Below are positions 21,204 to 30,596 of a stretch of DNA of 64,000 nucleotides, one piece after another (the first letter of the stretch is position 1; the number at the start of each line of letters is the position of its first letter). Source of the DNA: Candidatus Eiseniibacteriota bacterium. Its GTDB lineage: Bacteria; Eisenbacteria; RBG-16-71-46. The stretch is from positions 128,001 through 192,000 of the forward strand of contig CAVZLN010000009.1 of NCBI GenBank assembly GCA_963776245.1. The letters are read 5' to 3'. The notes below the pieces were generated by a model. It worked only from the letters and a program-made list of their open reading frames with translations. It was not told the DNA's origin and searched no databases. The position numbers and the translations under genes are program-made.

Positions 21204-23438
21204 CTACGACGGATCGCCTCCGGCCCCTTCGCCGGGCGCGCCGTAGCCGTAATGGCGATAGCCGTAGTAGTGCGGCAGGACCTCGCCGATGTCGTTCAGG
21301 AGCACGCCGACCAGGTTGTCGTGGGCTTCGCGCTGGACCTTCACGCCGTACTCGGCGGCCTTGCGGATGGTGCTCCCCGCCTTGATCACGTAGACCACGC
21401 CGTCGACCGCGCGCCCGATGATGAGCGGATCCGGCACGGCGAGGTTCGGCGGGGCGTCGATCAGCACCACGGCGTAGCGCTTGGACGCCTCGGCGAGGAA
21501 CCACTCCACCGCGCCCAGATCCACCAGCTCGGCGGCCGGGTGCTCGCTCTTGCCGGCGGCGAGGAAGTCGAGGTCGGGCAGCACCGTGGTCCGCACGAAG
21601 CGCTCGTCGAAGTGGCGCGAACGCAGCATCTGCGAGAGCCCCGCGCTGCTGGCCGGCAGTCCCAGCGCGCGGTGCAGCGCCGGGCTGCGCAGGTCGAAAT
21701 CCACCAGCAGCGTGCGCTCGCGCAGCTCGCGGGCGAGCGTGATGCCGAGGCAGGCCGCGGTGGTGGTCTTGCCCTCGCCGCGGGTCGCGCTCGTGACCAT
21801 GAGCGTGTGCGGCATCGCACGGCCGCGGGTGCGGGCCAGCTTGAGGTAGATGCGCCGGAACTCGAGTCCGAGCAGGCTCTCGACCTTGAGCCGGTGGAGC
21901 AATCCCAGTTCGCGCTCGGCGGGGATCCCGGCCACGGCCGGCTTCGGGCGGCGGCGCGTGCGCTCGAGTTCGTCCACCCTCGGCACGGCGCCCAGCACCG
22001 GCAATCCGAGCAGGTCCTCGACCTCCTCGGCGTTGCGCATGGATTGATCGTGGCGCTCGACCACCATCACGGTGCCCACCCCGGCGATGCCGCCCACCAC
22101 CAGCGCGAGCAGCACCACCATCACGCGGTTCGGCTTGCCGGGCGCCGTGGGCCGCGCTGCCGGCTCGATGACGATGAAGCGCCCGCTCACCTTGGCGTTC
22201 TCGAACGCCTCGTTGATCTGGTTGGCGGCCGACTGCTGGAGGAACGAGTTGTAGAGCGTGCGCGCGTTGTCCACCTCCGCCTGCACGCGCTGCAGCTCCA
22301 TCTCCACGTCCGGCGCCATCGTGATCTGGCGCTCGTACGAGCCCACCTGCCCCGCCAGGTACGCGCGCCGCGATTCGCGGGCCGCGAGGTCCGCCTGGGC
22401 GGAGCGGTAGCGCACCAGCTGGTCGCGCAGATCGGGCGCCATCGCCGGGAAGGCATGGGCCGCGCTCCGGCCGAGCGCGTCCTCGAGCTCGGCGCTCTTG
22501 CGCGCCAGCATCGTGCGCACCGCCGCGCCGCCGTCGCCCGCGCCCCCCAGCAGGCTGCCCGCCAGCTGGCGCTCCAGCACCACGAGCTGCCCGGCGAGGT
22601 TGCTCACCTCGGAATTGGAGAGCGCCTCGGCGTCCTGGTCCCGCACCTTGCCGGCGAGCTGCTCCCGCAGCGAGGACACGCGCTGGCGCTGCTGTTCGGT
22701 GTCCAGCTCGGCCTGCTCCAGCAGCGCGCGCGTCTGGGCCAGGTTGGCCGCGTTCACCGAGGAACCGGCGATGGTGTTGGTGAGCGCCGCGCGCCGCGCG
22801 GCCTCCAGCCGGCGCTCGGCCTCGTCGAGCTTCTGCCGGTAGACTTGCTGCTGCTCGACCGCGAATTCCCCGGTGGCGCGCAGCGCTTCGAGTTGCGCGG
22901 CCTTGGACGAGAGCACGAACTGATTGGCGACCGCGTCGGCCAGCCGCCGAGCGCGCTCGGGCTCGTGCGCCTCCACCGTCACGGTGATGAAGTCGCCCTT
23001 GGTGACCTTGAGCGTGATCACGCCGCGCAGGTAGTCCACCAGCGCGGTCTCGACCACGTCCTCGGGCGTGCTTCCGGGCGCCGGGCTCTTCACCCGGCGG
23101 AGCGCCCACGCCCGGGTCCCGGGATCGCTCTTGAGCCCGCTGGCGATGACGATGCTGCGCAGGAACAGCGTGCTCTGCACCTGTCCCCGCATGATGTTGA
23201 GCTGCTGGTCGCCCGACCGTCCGCCGGCCACCATGCCGCCGAGCGCCCCGGTCAGCGCGGCGGGCCGCTCGAACTGCAGCTGCACCGACGAGAAGTAGAT
23301 GGGCGGCAGCAGGAACGCGGCCAGCACGCCCGCCACCAGCGCCACCGACCACGGCAGGATCAGCAGCCAGCGACGGCGCACCAGGACCCCCAGCAGGTCC
23401 TGGACGTCGAGCGTGCGCGGCGCGGTCGGTTCGGCCAT
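21204..23438 (-). CDS. wzc: Polysaccharide co-polymerase with BY-kinase domain (Wzc)
   Basis: Wzz-type N-terminus; coiled coil; TM; Walker A SATRGEGKTT; VDFDLR; IDAPP; C-terminal Tyr cluster HYYGYRHYGY. Confidence 0.92.
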   Translation of the reverse strand: MAEPTAPRTLDVQDLLGVLVRRRWLLILPWSVALVAGVLAAFLLPPIYFSSVQLQFERPAALTGALGGMVAGGRSGDQQLNIMRGQVQSTLFLRSIVIASGLKSDPGTRAWALRRVKSPAPGSTPEDVVETALVDYLRGVITLKVTKGDFITVTVEAHEPERARRLADAVANQFVLSSKAAQLEALRATGEFAVEQQQVYRQKLDEAERRLEAARRAALTNTIAGSSVNAANLAQTRALLEQAELDTEQQRQRVSSLREQLAGKVRDQDAEALSNSEVSNLAGQLVVLERQLAGSLLGGAGDGGAAVRTMLARKSAELEDALGRSAAHAFPAMAPDLRDQLVRYRSAQADLAARESRRAYLAGQVGSYERQITMAPDVEMELQRVQAEVDNARTLYNSFLQQSAANQINEAFENAKVSGRFIVIEPAARPTAPGKPNRVMVVLLALVVGGIAGVGTVMVVERHDQSMRNAEEVEDLLGLPVLGAVPRVDELERTRRRPKPAVAGIPAERELGLLHRLKVESLLGLEFRRIYLKLARTRGRAMPHTLMVTSATRGEGKTTTAACLGITLARELRERTLLVDFDLRSPALHRALGLPASSAGLSQMLRSRHFDERFVRTTVLPDLDFLAAGKSEHPAAELVDLGAVEWFLAEASKRYAVVLIDAPPNLAVPDPLIIGRAVDGVVYVIKAGSTIRKAAEYGVKVQREAHDNLVGVLLNDIGEVLPHYYGYRHYGYGAPGEGAGGDPS

Positions 23439-23451
23439 CGGTCACCCCCGA

Positions 23452-24444
23452 CTACTTGTTGGTCTTCTGATTCTGGAGGTAGTCCACGAGCACGGCGGTG
23501 TTGAGCACGTCGCGGCCGACGAGCAGCACCTGGTAGACCCCGCCGAACGCGCGGCCGATCACCACGCCGCCGCGCACGCCGACGTACACCACGTCGCCGG
23601 AGCGCACGGTCACGGGCGAGCGGGTCCCGCGCGACAGTACCTCGCGCAGGTTGACCGCCACCACCGAGACCCCATCCGGCCCGCGGGTGAGCACCTTCAC
23701 CGCGCCGAGGTCGCCGGCGGAGGTCATCCCGCCCGCGGCCGCCAGCACCATCCACAGGTCGGCGCCCGCGCCGACCGGGTAGAGCCCGGGCTTCTGCACC
23801 TCGCCGAGCACCGCCACCGCCTCGCCCGGTCCCGCCGCGCCCGCCGCCGCGACCTGGGGCACCATGATCGCGTCGCCGGCCCGCAGCGCCGGGAGCACGT
23901 CGGTGTTGCCATCCCGCAGGACGGCGGAGACGTCGACGTCCTGCGTCCGGCGCGTGGAGCCCTCGCGCCGCGACAGCTGCACCCGGGACAGGTCCGCGCC
24001 GGGGAGCGCGCCTCCCGCGGCGCTGAGCGCGTCGACCAGGCTCGGCAGCGCCTCGAAACCGTAGCGCCCCGGCTTGGCCACCGCGCCCGACACGAACACG
24101 CTGCGAGAGAGGTACTGCGTGACCGTCACCGTCACGGTGGCGGTCTGGCGCAGGTAGCTCGAGAGCCGGTCGGCGATGCGGTCGGCGAGCTCCTTCGGAG
24201 TGAGCCCCGCGGCCTTGATATCCCCCACCGGCGGGAACACGACGTTGCCGTCCGAGCCCACCGGCAGCGTGCGCTCGAGCTCGGGATGCAGCCACACCGA
24301 GACCGCCACCACGTCCTCGGAGCCGAGGACGTACTCCGCGGCCCGCGCCGCGCGCGGGGCGGATACGGACATCGCGGCGGCGAACACGGTCAGGACGGCG
24401 GCCGCCATCGCGGTCGCGCGCCAGCGCTGGGTCACACCTTTCAT
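23452..24444 (-). CDS. wza: Polysaccharide export protein (Wza, SLBB domains)
   Basis: Signal peptide; EYVLGSEDVV; DGNVVFPPVGDIKAAGLT; two SLBB repeats (V.GAVAKPG, VLGEVQKPG). Confidence 0.9.
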   Translation of the reverse strand: MKGVTQRWRATAMAAAVLTVFAAAMSVSAPRAARAAEYVLGSEDVVAVSVWLHPELERTLPVGSDGNVVFPPVGDIKAAGLTPKELADRIADRLSSYLRQTATVTVTVTQYLSRSVFVSGAVAKPGRYGFEALPSLVDALSAAGGALPGADLSRVQLSRREGSTRRTQDVDVSAVLRDGNTDVLPALRAGDAIMVPQVAAAGAAGPGEAVAVLGEVQKPGLYPVGAGADLWMVLAAAGGMTSAGDLGAVKVLTRGPDGVSVVAVNLREVLSRGTRSPVTVRSGDVVYVGVRGGVVIGRAFGGVYQVLLVGRDVLNTAVLVDYLQNQKTNK

Positions 24445-27058
24445 CGGGTCACTCCTTTGACGGCCGGCGCACCGCTGGGCACCACGCCCGGTCCCGGCGC
24501 GGGGCCGGTCCGGGGTGCGTCCGTGGCGGGGCGCCGGAGGATCACGGCCATGGTGCGCAGCAGGATACGGAAATCGAGCAACGGGGAACGGTGATCGATG
24601 TAATGCAGGTCGAAGCCGACCCGGCGCGCCACGCCCGCGGGCGTGCCGTCGTCGCAGCCCGCGACCTGAGCCAGACCGGTGACGCCGGGCAGCACGGTGA
24701 AGCGGCGTTCGTATCCCGCCACCAGGTTCTTCCACCGCAGCACCAGCTCCTGGCGCTCCGGCTGGGGCCCCACCAGCGCCATCTCGCCGCGCAGCACGTT
24801 GAGCAGGAACGGCAGTCGATCGAGGTGCCGGCGCGCGACCCAGCGGCTGATCGCGCCGAGGTCGGAGCGGAAGCGCTCGCATTCGATCGGCGCGCCGAGC
24901 AGGTCCTGGGTGCGGCGCTGGAGACTGCGGCGGTCGATCGGCGCGGCATCGCGGCGCCCGCGCCGCGGACCGTGACGACGCGTGCGCCCCACGCGCACCT
25001 CGCGCACCAGGAGGTCGCGCTGACCGGCGCGCCAGGCCTCGAACGCGAGCAGCCCCCACAGCGGCGACGACACCGCGAGCGCGGCCACCGCGACGGCGGC
25101 CTCGGTCAGTCCGCGGACCGCCTCGCCCCAGGGGCGGGCCGCGGGCGGACGGACCGACGGTCCCGCGGCCGACAGATCGATCACCGGCGTCGTCGGGAGC
25201 TGCGTCACCGGGACCTCGTACGGCACATGCGTGGGCTCGAGGTACTCGGGCACCAGCCGGTGGAGCATCGCCTTGACCTCGGTCGGGTCCCCGCGCTGCG
25301 CCACCGCCTCGAGCTCCGCCACCTCGGTGCGCAGGCTCGCCTCGTCGCGCGCGTCGAGGTCCCACACCAGGATGCGCTGGTGCTGGGTGATGCGCGTGCG
25401 CTCGGTGTCGGAGTGCAGCTCCTCGTAGAGCTTCTCGCCCGGGCGCAGCCCGGTGAACACGATCTCGACGTCCTCGCCCTCGCGCATGCCCGCGAGCCGG
25501 ATGAGCTGGCGCGCCAGATCCACGATGCGCACCTGCTCGCCCATGTCGAGCAGAAGCACCTCGCCCCCCTTGCCCATCGCGCCGGCCTGGAGCACCAGCC
25601 GCACCGCCTCGGGGATGGTCATGAAGTAGCGCCGCACGTCCGGGTGCGTGACGGTGATCGGGCCACCGCGCTGGAGCTGGCGCTGGAAGAGCGGGATCAC
25701 CGAGCCGTCGCTGCCCAGCACGTTGCCGAAGCGCACCGCGACGAAGCGCGTCTCGCTGCGCTGCGACCGGCTCTGGCACAGCATCTCGCACACGCGCTTC
25801 GAGGCGCCCATCACGCTGGTGGGATTCACCGCCTTGTCGGTCGAGATGAGCACGAACTTCTGGACGCCGTGGCGGTCCGACGCGTCGACCAGGTGCTGGT
25901 CCCGATGATGTTGTTCAGCACCGCCTCGCGCGGGCTGGTCTCGAGCAGCGGCACGTGCTTGTGCGCGGCGGCGTGGAACACGACCGCGGGCTTGAAGCGC
26001 TCGAACACACGCTCGACCCCGTCGCGGTCCCGCATGTCGCACACCACCGGGTGGACCGACAGCTCATCGTGCTGCGCGATCAGCTCGTGGTGCACGAAGT
26101 AGAGCCCGTTCTCGGCATGGTCGAACAGCACCAGCTCGGCCGCGCCGAAGTCGGCCACCTGGCGCGCCAGCTCGGAACCGATCGAGCCGCCCGCGCCGGT
26201 GACCAGCACGCGCTTGCCGCGGATGAACGCGCCGACCTCGTCGAGATCGAGGTGCACCGGCTGGCGGCCGAGCAGGTCCTCGATGCGCACGTCGCGCATC
26301 TGCGACAGCGCCGTGCGGCCGTGCTGCAGGTCGGAGAGCCCGGGCAGCGTCTTGACCGCGACGTTGGCCTCGGCGCAGAAGCGCGCGATCTCGCGCACCA
26401 CCTTGGCCGGCATGTTGGGGTCGGAGACGATGAGCATCTGCGCGCGCTGCTCCTGGAGCACGCGCGGGAGGTCGCCGATGGTGCCCAGCACCTTGACGCC
26501 CTCGACCAGGTGGCCGGTGAGGCGGCCATCGTCGTCGATGAAGCCCACCGGCGTCAGCATCTCGGGGCCGGCGGGACCGCGGCGCATCTCCTGGATGAGA
26601 TGCACGCCGGTGTGGTCCGCCCCCACCACGACCGTGCGCAGGGCGCGCTGGGACTCGTACCCGAGCACGCGCTCGCGCGAGAGGCGCCACACGAAACGCA
26701 CCCCGCCGATCAGCACCACCTCGCTGAGCCACGCGACCACGATGACGCTGCGCGGGAACAGCGCCACCGGGCTGAAGAGCGTGATGACCACGAACGCGAG
26801 CGCGGACAGCGTGGCGCCCTTGAGGATCTGGAACAGCGTCACCGTCGAGGCGTAGCGCCACAGGCCGTGGTAGAGCCCCGCGACGTAGAACCCGCCGAGC
26901 GAGAGCACGGTGAAGAAGGGCGCCGCGATGAGGTAGCCGGTCCAGAACCGCGCCGGGATGTCGCCCTCGAAGCGCAGCAGCAAGGCGCCCAGGAACGCCG
27001 CCTGGAGCAGCAGCGCATACCCGATCGTCAGGACCAGGAAGCGCGGTGTCTTGTGCAA
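24441..27058 (-). pseudogene. CapD/WbpM/PglF-type nucleotide-sugar dehydratase with a C-terminal degenerate PGT domain; single-base frameshift near 25897
   Basis: The 5' ORF has 4 TM, a CoA-binding domain, VLVTGAGGSIGSEL and HAAAHKHVP. The 3' ORF continues LVDAS..KFVLISTDKAVNPTSVMGASKR, VRFGNVLGS, GLRPGEKLYEEL. The junction ggg acc ag cac ctg lacks one base, which could be a sequencing error. Confidence 0.85.
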
Positions 27059-27237
27059 GTCCTAGCCTTTCGTGTCGGCGGAGGCTCCCGCCCTGGGGTC
27101 AGCGTCGCGTGTCGGGGGCGACGGGGTCGCCGGGTCCGCGGTGCTCGGAGCGTGCTCGCCGCCCTCCCGGCGCGCACGCCACGGCGCGCCTGCCCCTCGG
27201 CTCCTCGCCGGCGGCAGGTCGCGGCTCCCGAAGACAT

Positions 27238-27253
27238 TGCAAGGTACAGGCCC
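27238..27253 (-). promoter_or_regulatory. Putative sigma-54 (-24/-12) promoter of the EPS/exosortase operon
   Basis: Minus strand GGcctgtaccTTGCA gives GG-N10-GC about 180 nt upstream of the first gene; the operon encodes its own sigma-54 activator. Confidence 0.6.
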
Positions 27254-27365
27254 GGGGGCCCTCCTCGCGGGGGGAGGGCCACCGGTGGCGCCGCATGGTC
27301 GGTCCGAACCCAGGAGACCTCGATGGCGTAGGCGGCTTACTTCGTGTGGCGCTTCGACGTGGCGG

Positions 27366-27394
27366 ATTCTAGGAGCGCCCGCCGGGGGCGTCAA
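27366..27394 (-). promoter_or_regulatory. Putative sigma-70 promoter of the EPS operon
   Basis: Minus strand TTGACG-N17-TAGAAT. Confidence 0.7.
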
Positions 27395-27461
27395 GCCACT
27401 CGCCTCGAAGGCCTTAGGCCGGGCTTGGCGCGCGCCTCGCAAGGCCCGCGCGGGCGATTCC

Positions 27462-27496
27462 GCGCGAACCCACCCGGGCCCCGGGTGGGTTCGCGC
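27462..27496. repeat. Perfect 16-bp inverted repeat (hairpin)
   Basis: gcgcgaacccacccgg-gcc-ccgggtgggttcgcgc, between the kelch gene stop and the EPS promoters. Confidence 0.85.
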
Positions 27497-27618
27497 TCAC
27501 CCCGACCGACCGGGGCCCCCGGGCAGCGATCCCGAGCGGTCGGCTCAAGGATGCCCGGCCGGGCCCCGGGTGCGGTCAACCTCGTGCCACACCCACCGCG
27601 ACCGTGGCCCGCCCGATT

Positions 27619-30102
27619 TCATCGGAGCAAGGCCACTCGCCGAGTCAAGCGGGTTCCGGGTCCCACCAGTCTGATGAAGTACATCCCCGTCCCCAACCTC
27701 GCGCCGGACTCGTTCGTCCCATCCCACGTCACCGTCGCTGCGCCCGCGTGTCCCTCGGCGTCCACCAGCGTGCGCAGCAGTCGCCCGCTCAGGTCATACA
27801 CGCCGAGGCGCACCCGGCCTGCATGCGTGAGGGAGTAACTCAGCACCGTGGTCCCACGGGTGGGATTCGGAGCCGGTGGACGCAGGCGATCGATCGAAGG
27901 TGGGGTCTCGGGACCTTCGACTCCCAGCACGCCCGGCGACCGCAGCGCCCAGGCATCCGCGAAATAGGTGGGGCCTTCGTAGTCGATCCCACCGAACATC
28001 ACCATGCGGTCGCGCGCAGGGTCGTAGATCGCGCTGTGCCCTGATCGCGCGCTCGGAGGCGAGCCATCCGGGGTCTGCGCCTGCCACGACGGCGTGCCCG
28101 CCAGCGACAACGCCCAGACGTCATTGCGAGGACCGGATCCCCCGAACACCAACATGCGGTCCCGCGCCGGGTCGTAGATCGCGCTATGCCCCCACCGTGC
28201 GCCTGGCGGCGTGCCGGTGGGCGTCAGTCCCGCCCACGCCGGCGTACCCGCCAGCGACAGTGCCCACACATCATCGACGTAGTCGCCCGATACCTCGGAA
28301 CCCCCGAACACCACCATGCGGTCCCGCACCGGGTCGTAGATCGCGCGGTGGCCCAGGCGCGCGCTCGGTGGCGTTCCCGTGGGAGCCAGCGCGAGCCAGG
28401 CCGGCGGGTTGCCCAGCGACAGGGCCCAGACGTCGCTGAGGTAGCCGGCACCGTGTCCCCCGAACACCACCATGCGGTCGCGTATGGGATCGTAGACCGC
28501 GCTGTGCCACGCCCGCGTTCCCGGCGGCGTGCCCGTGGGCAACAACATCGTCCACGCTGGGGGGTCCGCCAGTGACAGCACCCAGACATCGTTGAGATAG
28601 ACATCACCGTACCCCCCGAACACCACCATGCGGTTGCGCACCGGGTCGTAGATCGCGCTGTGATCGGACCGCGCGGCGGGGGGCGTGCCGGTGGGCGTCA
28701 GCGCCGACCACGTCGGCGTGCCCGCCAGTGAGAGCACCCAGACTTCATCGAGGTGCCCGAGCGCATTCGATCCCCCGAACACCACCATGCGGTCGCGCAC
28801 CGGGTCGTGGATCGTGGTATGGCCGGACCGCCCGGGTGGGGGCGGGTTGGCGGGCATCAGCGACGCCCACGCCGGCGTGCCCACCAGCGACAGCTCCCAG
28901 GCGTCGTCGAGGGAGGAGTAACCATCGCATCCTCCGAATATCACCATGCGGCCACGCACCGGGTCATAGACCGCACTGTGGCCATACCGCCCGCTCGGCG
29001 ACACGCCCGCGGGGGTCAGGTCAGTCCACGCCGGCGTGCCCGCCAACGACAGAGCCCAGAGATCTTCGGGGTTGTACCCTCCTGATCCCGAGAACACGAC
29101 CATGCGATCGCCCACCGGGTCGTAGATCGCGCTGTGGGCATGTCGCCCGCCGAGTGGCGTGAGCGCCGGGGTCAGTTCGGTCCATGTCTCCGTGTCCCCC
29201 AGCGACAGCGCCCAGACGTCATAGCCGAAGCCGCCGCCGATCCCTCCGAACACCACCATGCGCTCCCGTACCGGATCGAAGATCGCGCTGTGCCAGGACC
29301 GACCGCCCGGTGAGGTGCCGGTGGGTGTCATCAAAGTCCACGTCGGCGCGCCCGCCAGCGAAAGCGTCCAGGCATCGTCGAAGAGGCTCGTATCGCTCCA
29401 TCCACCGAACACCACCATGCGATCGTGCACCGGGTCGTAGACCGCACTGTGCCCGGACCGAGCGGCCGGCGGCGTGCCCGTGGGTATCAGCGCCGTCCAC
29501 GCCGGCGCGCCCGCCAGCGACAGTACCCAGACATCGTCGAAGGACGTCCCGGGATCACCCCGTCCCCCGAACACCACCATGCGGTCGCGCACCGGGTCGT
29601 AGATCACGCTGTGGCCCATCCGCGCGCTCGGCGCGGTGCCGGCGGGCGTCAGCGGCGTCCACCTCGGCGGTCCTGCCAGCGACAGCGTCCACACATCGTT
29701 GCGATACGCGCCGGCGCCATCCCACCCTCCGAACACCACCATGCGCTCGCGCACCGGGTCATAGATCGCATCGTGGCCATCCCGCGGGCTGACGAGGAGC
29801 TCGGTCCATGCGCCCTCGCCCCCCGTTGACGTGAGTTCAGTTCGCGCGACCCGGGCGTCCGCAGCATCGGGATCATGCGCCGACTCCTCGCCTGCGCGGG
29901 CCAGGCGCAGCATGTAGTCGCGCTGCCAGCGGGGAAGCAGCGTGTCCCCCGCGGCCTGCGCCAATCGCTCGCGCATGTAGGGTGCCATCGCTGGCGCACC
30001 GGGAGCCGTTGGCTGGCCGGAGGCGATCCTGGGGACGGCCACACTGACGAGCAGGAGCAGAAGCACCCGCGCACTGGACTGAAACGACAACGGCGGTCTC
30101 AT
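27619..30102 (-). CDS. Secreted kelch-repeat beta-propeller protein with FlgD-Ig/T9SS-like C-terminal domain
   Basis: Signal peptide; 12 repeats of about 52 aa (R.GHSAIYDPVRDRMVVFGG...DVW.LSLAG.P.W); C-terminal PNP...VYDLSGR..WDG...GMYFIRL...RVALLR. Confidence 0.9.
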   Translation of the reverse strand: MRPPLSFQSSARVLLLLLVSVAVPRIASGQPTAPGAPAMAPYMRERLAQAAGDTLLPRWQRDYMLRLARAGEESAHDPDAADARVARTELTSTGGEGAWTELLVSPRDGHDAIYDPVRERMVVFGGWDGAGAYRNDVWTLSLAGPPRWTPLTPAGTAPSARMGHSVIYDPVRDRMVVFGGRGDPGTSFDDVWVLSLAGAPAWTALIPTGTPPAARSGHSAVYDPVHDRMVVFGGWSDTSLFDDAWTLSLAGAPTWTLMTPTGTSPGGRSWHSAIFDPVRERMVVFGGIGGGFGYDVWALSLGDTETWTELTPALTPLGGRHAHSAIYDPVGDRMVVFSGSGGYNPEDLWALSLAGTPAWTDLTPAGVSPSGRYGHSAVYDPVRGRMVIFGGCDGYSSLDDAWELSLVGTPAWASLMPANPPPPGRSGHTTIHDPVRDRMVVFGGSNALGHLDEVWVLSLAGTPTWSALTPTGTPPAARSDHSAIYDPVRNRMVVFGGYGDVYLNDVWVLSLADPPAWTMLLPTGTPPGTRAWHSAVYDPIRDRMVVFGGHGAGYLSDVWALSLGNPPAWLALAPTGTPPSARLGHRAIYDPVRDRMVVFGGSEVSGDYVDDVWALSLAGTPAWAGLTPTGTPPGARWGHSAIYDPARDRMLVFGGSGPRNDVWALSLAGTPSWQAQTPDGSPPSARSGHSAIYDPARDRMVMFGGIDYEGPTYFADAWALRSPGVLGVEGPETPPSIDRLRPPAPNPTRGTTVLSYSLTHAGRVRLGVYDLSGRLLRTLVDAEGHAGAATVTWDGTNESGARLGTGMYFIRLVGPGTRLTRRVALLR

Positions 30103-30390
30103 CGGCGGCCCTCCGAGTGCGATCCATGCTCGCCTGCGCTCCGCCGCCCGACTCTACATCGGTTCGGTCGCGCCACACCGCGAGAAGGGGACGGGGCACT
30201 CTCCAGGGCACGGGCGCAATGACGGGGAGGGGCGAGACGTTGGGCCGCCGTCGACGCAAGATCCGGCGAGGACAGTTGTTGAAAGGCCTCCGGGCGGCGG
30301 ATCCAGATCCCTCTGGCCGCGCCCCGGCTCGAACTCGGCGCGCCAGGCGCACGGTGGGGCGCCGTCGGCGCTCGCGCACTATGGCGGGGT

Positions 30391-30466
30391 TGGTAGCGCT
30401 ACGGGGATTCGAACCCCGGTCTGATGGCTGAGAACCATCTGTCCTAGACCCCTAGACGATAGCGCC
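30391..30466 (-). tRNA. tRNA-Glu (CTC)
   Basis: Cloverleaf GGCGCTA...TAGCGCT-A-CCA; anticodon arm gatgg-TTCTCAG-ccatc; T-loop GGTTCGAATCC. Confidence 0.96.
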
Positions 30467-30476
30467 CCGAAACAGA

Positions 30477-30550
30477 TGGCTGCCCGGCAAGGATTCGAAC
30501 CTCGACTAACTGGTCCAGAGCCAGTCGTGCTACCGTTACACTACCGGGCA
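30477..30550 (-). tRNA. tRNA-Gln (CTG)
   Basis: TGCCCGG...CCGGGCA-G-CCA; anticodon loop CTCTGGA; T-loop GGTTCGAATCC. Confidence 0.96.
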
Positions 30551-30567
30551 GCGCAGAAGCGGCGCGC

Positions 30568-30596
30568 ACTCTAGCATCGCTTCCACGGGCGTTCAA
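30568..30596 (-). promoter_or_regulatory. Putative sigma-70 promoter of the tRNA pair
   Basis: TTGAAC-N17-TAGAGT with extended -10 TG, followed by a GC-rich discriminator. Confidence 0.6.

Noticed and set aside
27059..27400. ops/JUMPstart antitermination element in the EPS leader
   Set aside because: No GGCGGTAG match found on the transcribed strand.
27930..29800. Regular ~155-bp DNA repeats as a CRISPR array or DGR
   Set aside because: They are in-frame kelch coding repeats; no cas or reverse transcriptase gene in the window.
30270..30292. gacagttgttgaaaggcc resembling an IS terminal repeat
   Set aside because: Weak similarity, no partner end and no transposase.
27500..30400. Kelch gene as an island integrated at the tRNA-Glu 3' end
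   Set aside because: No duplicate of the tRNA 3' end and no integrase found; position alone is insufficient.
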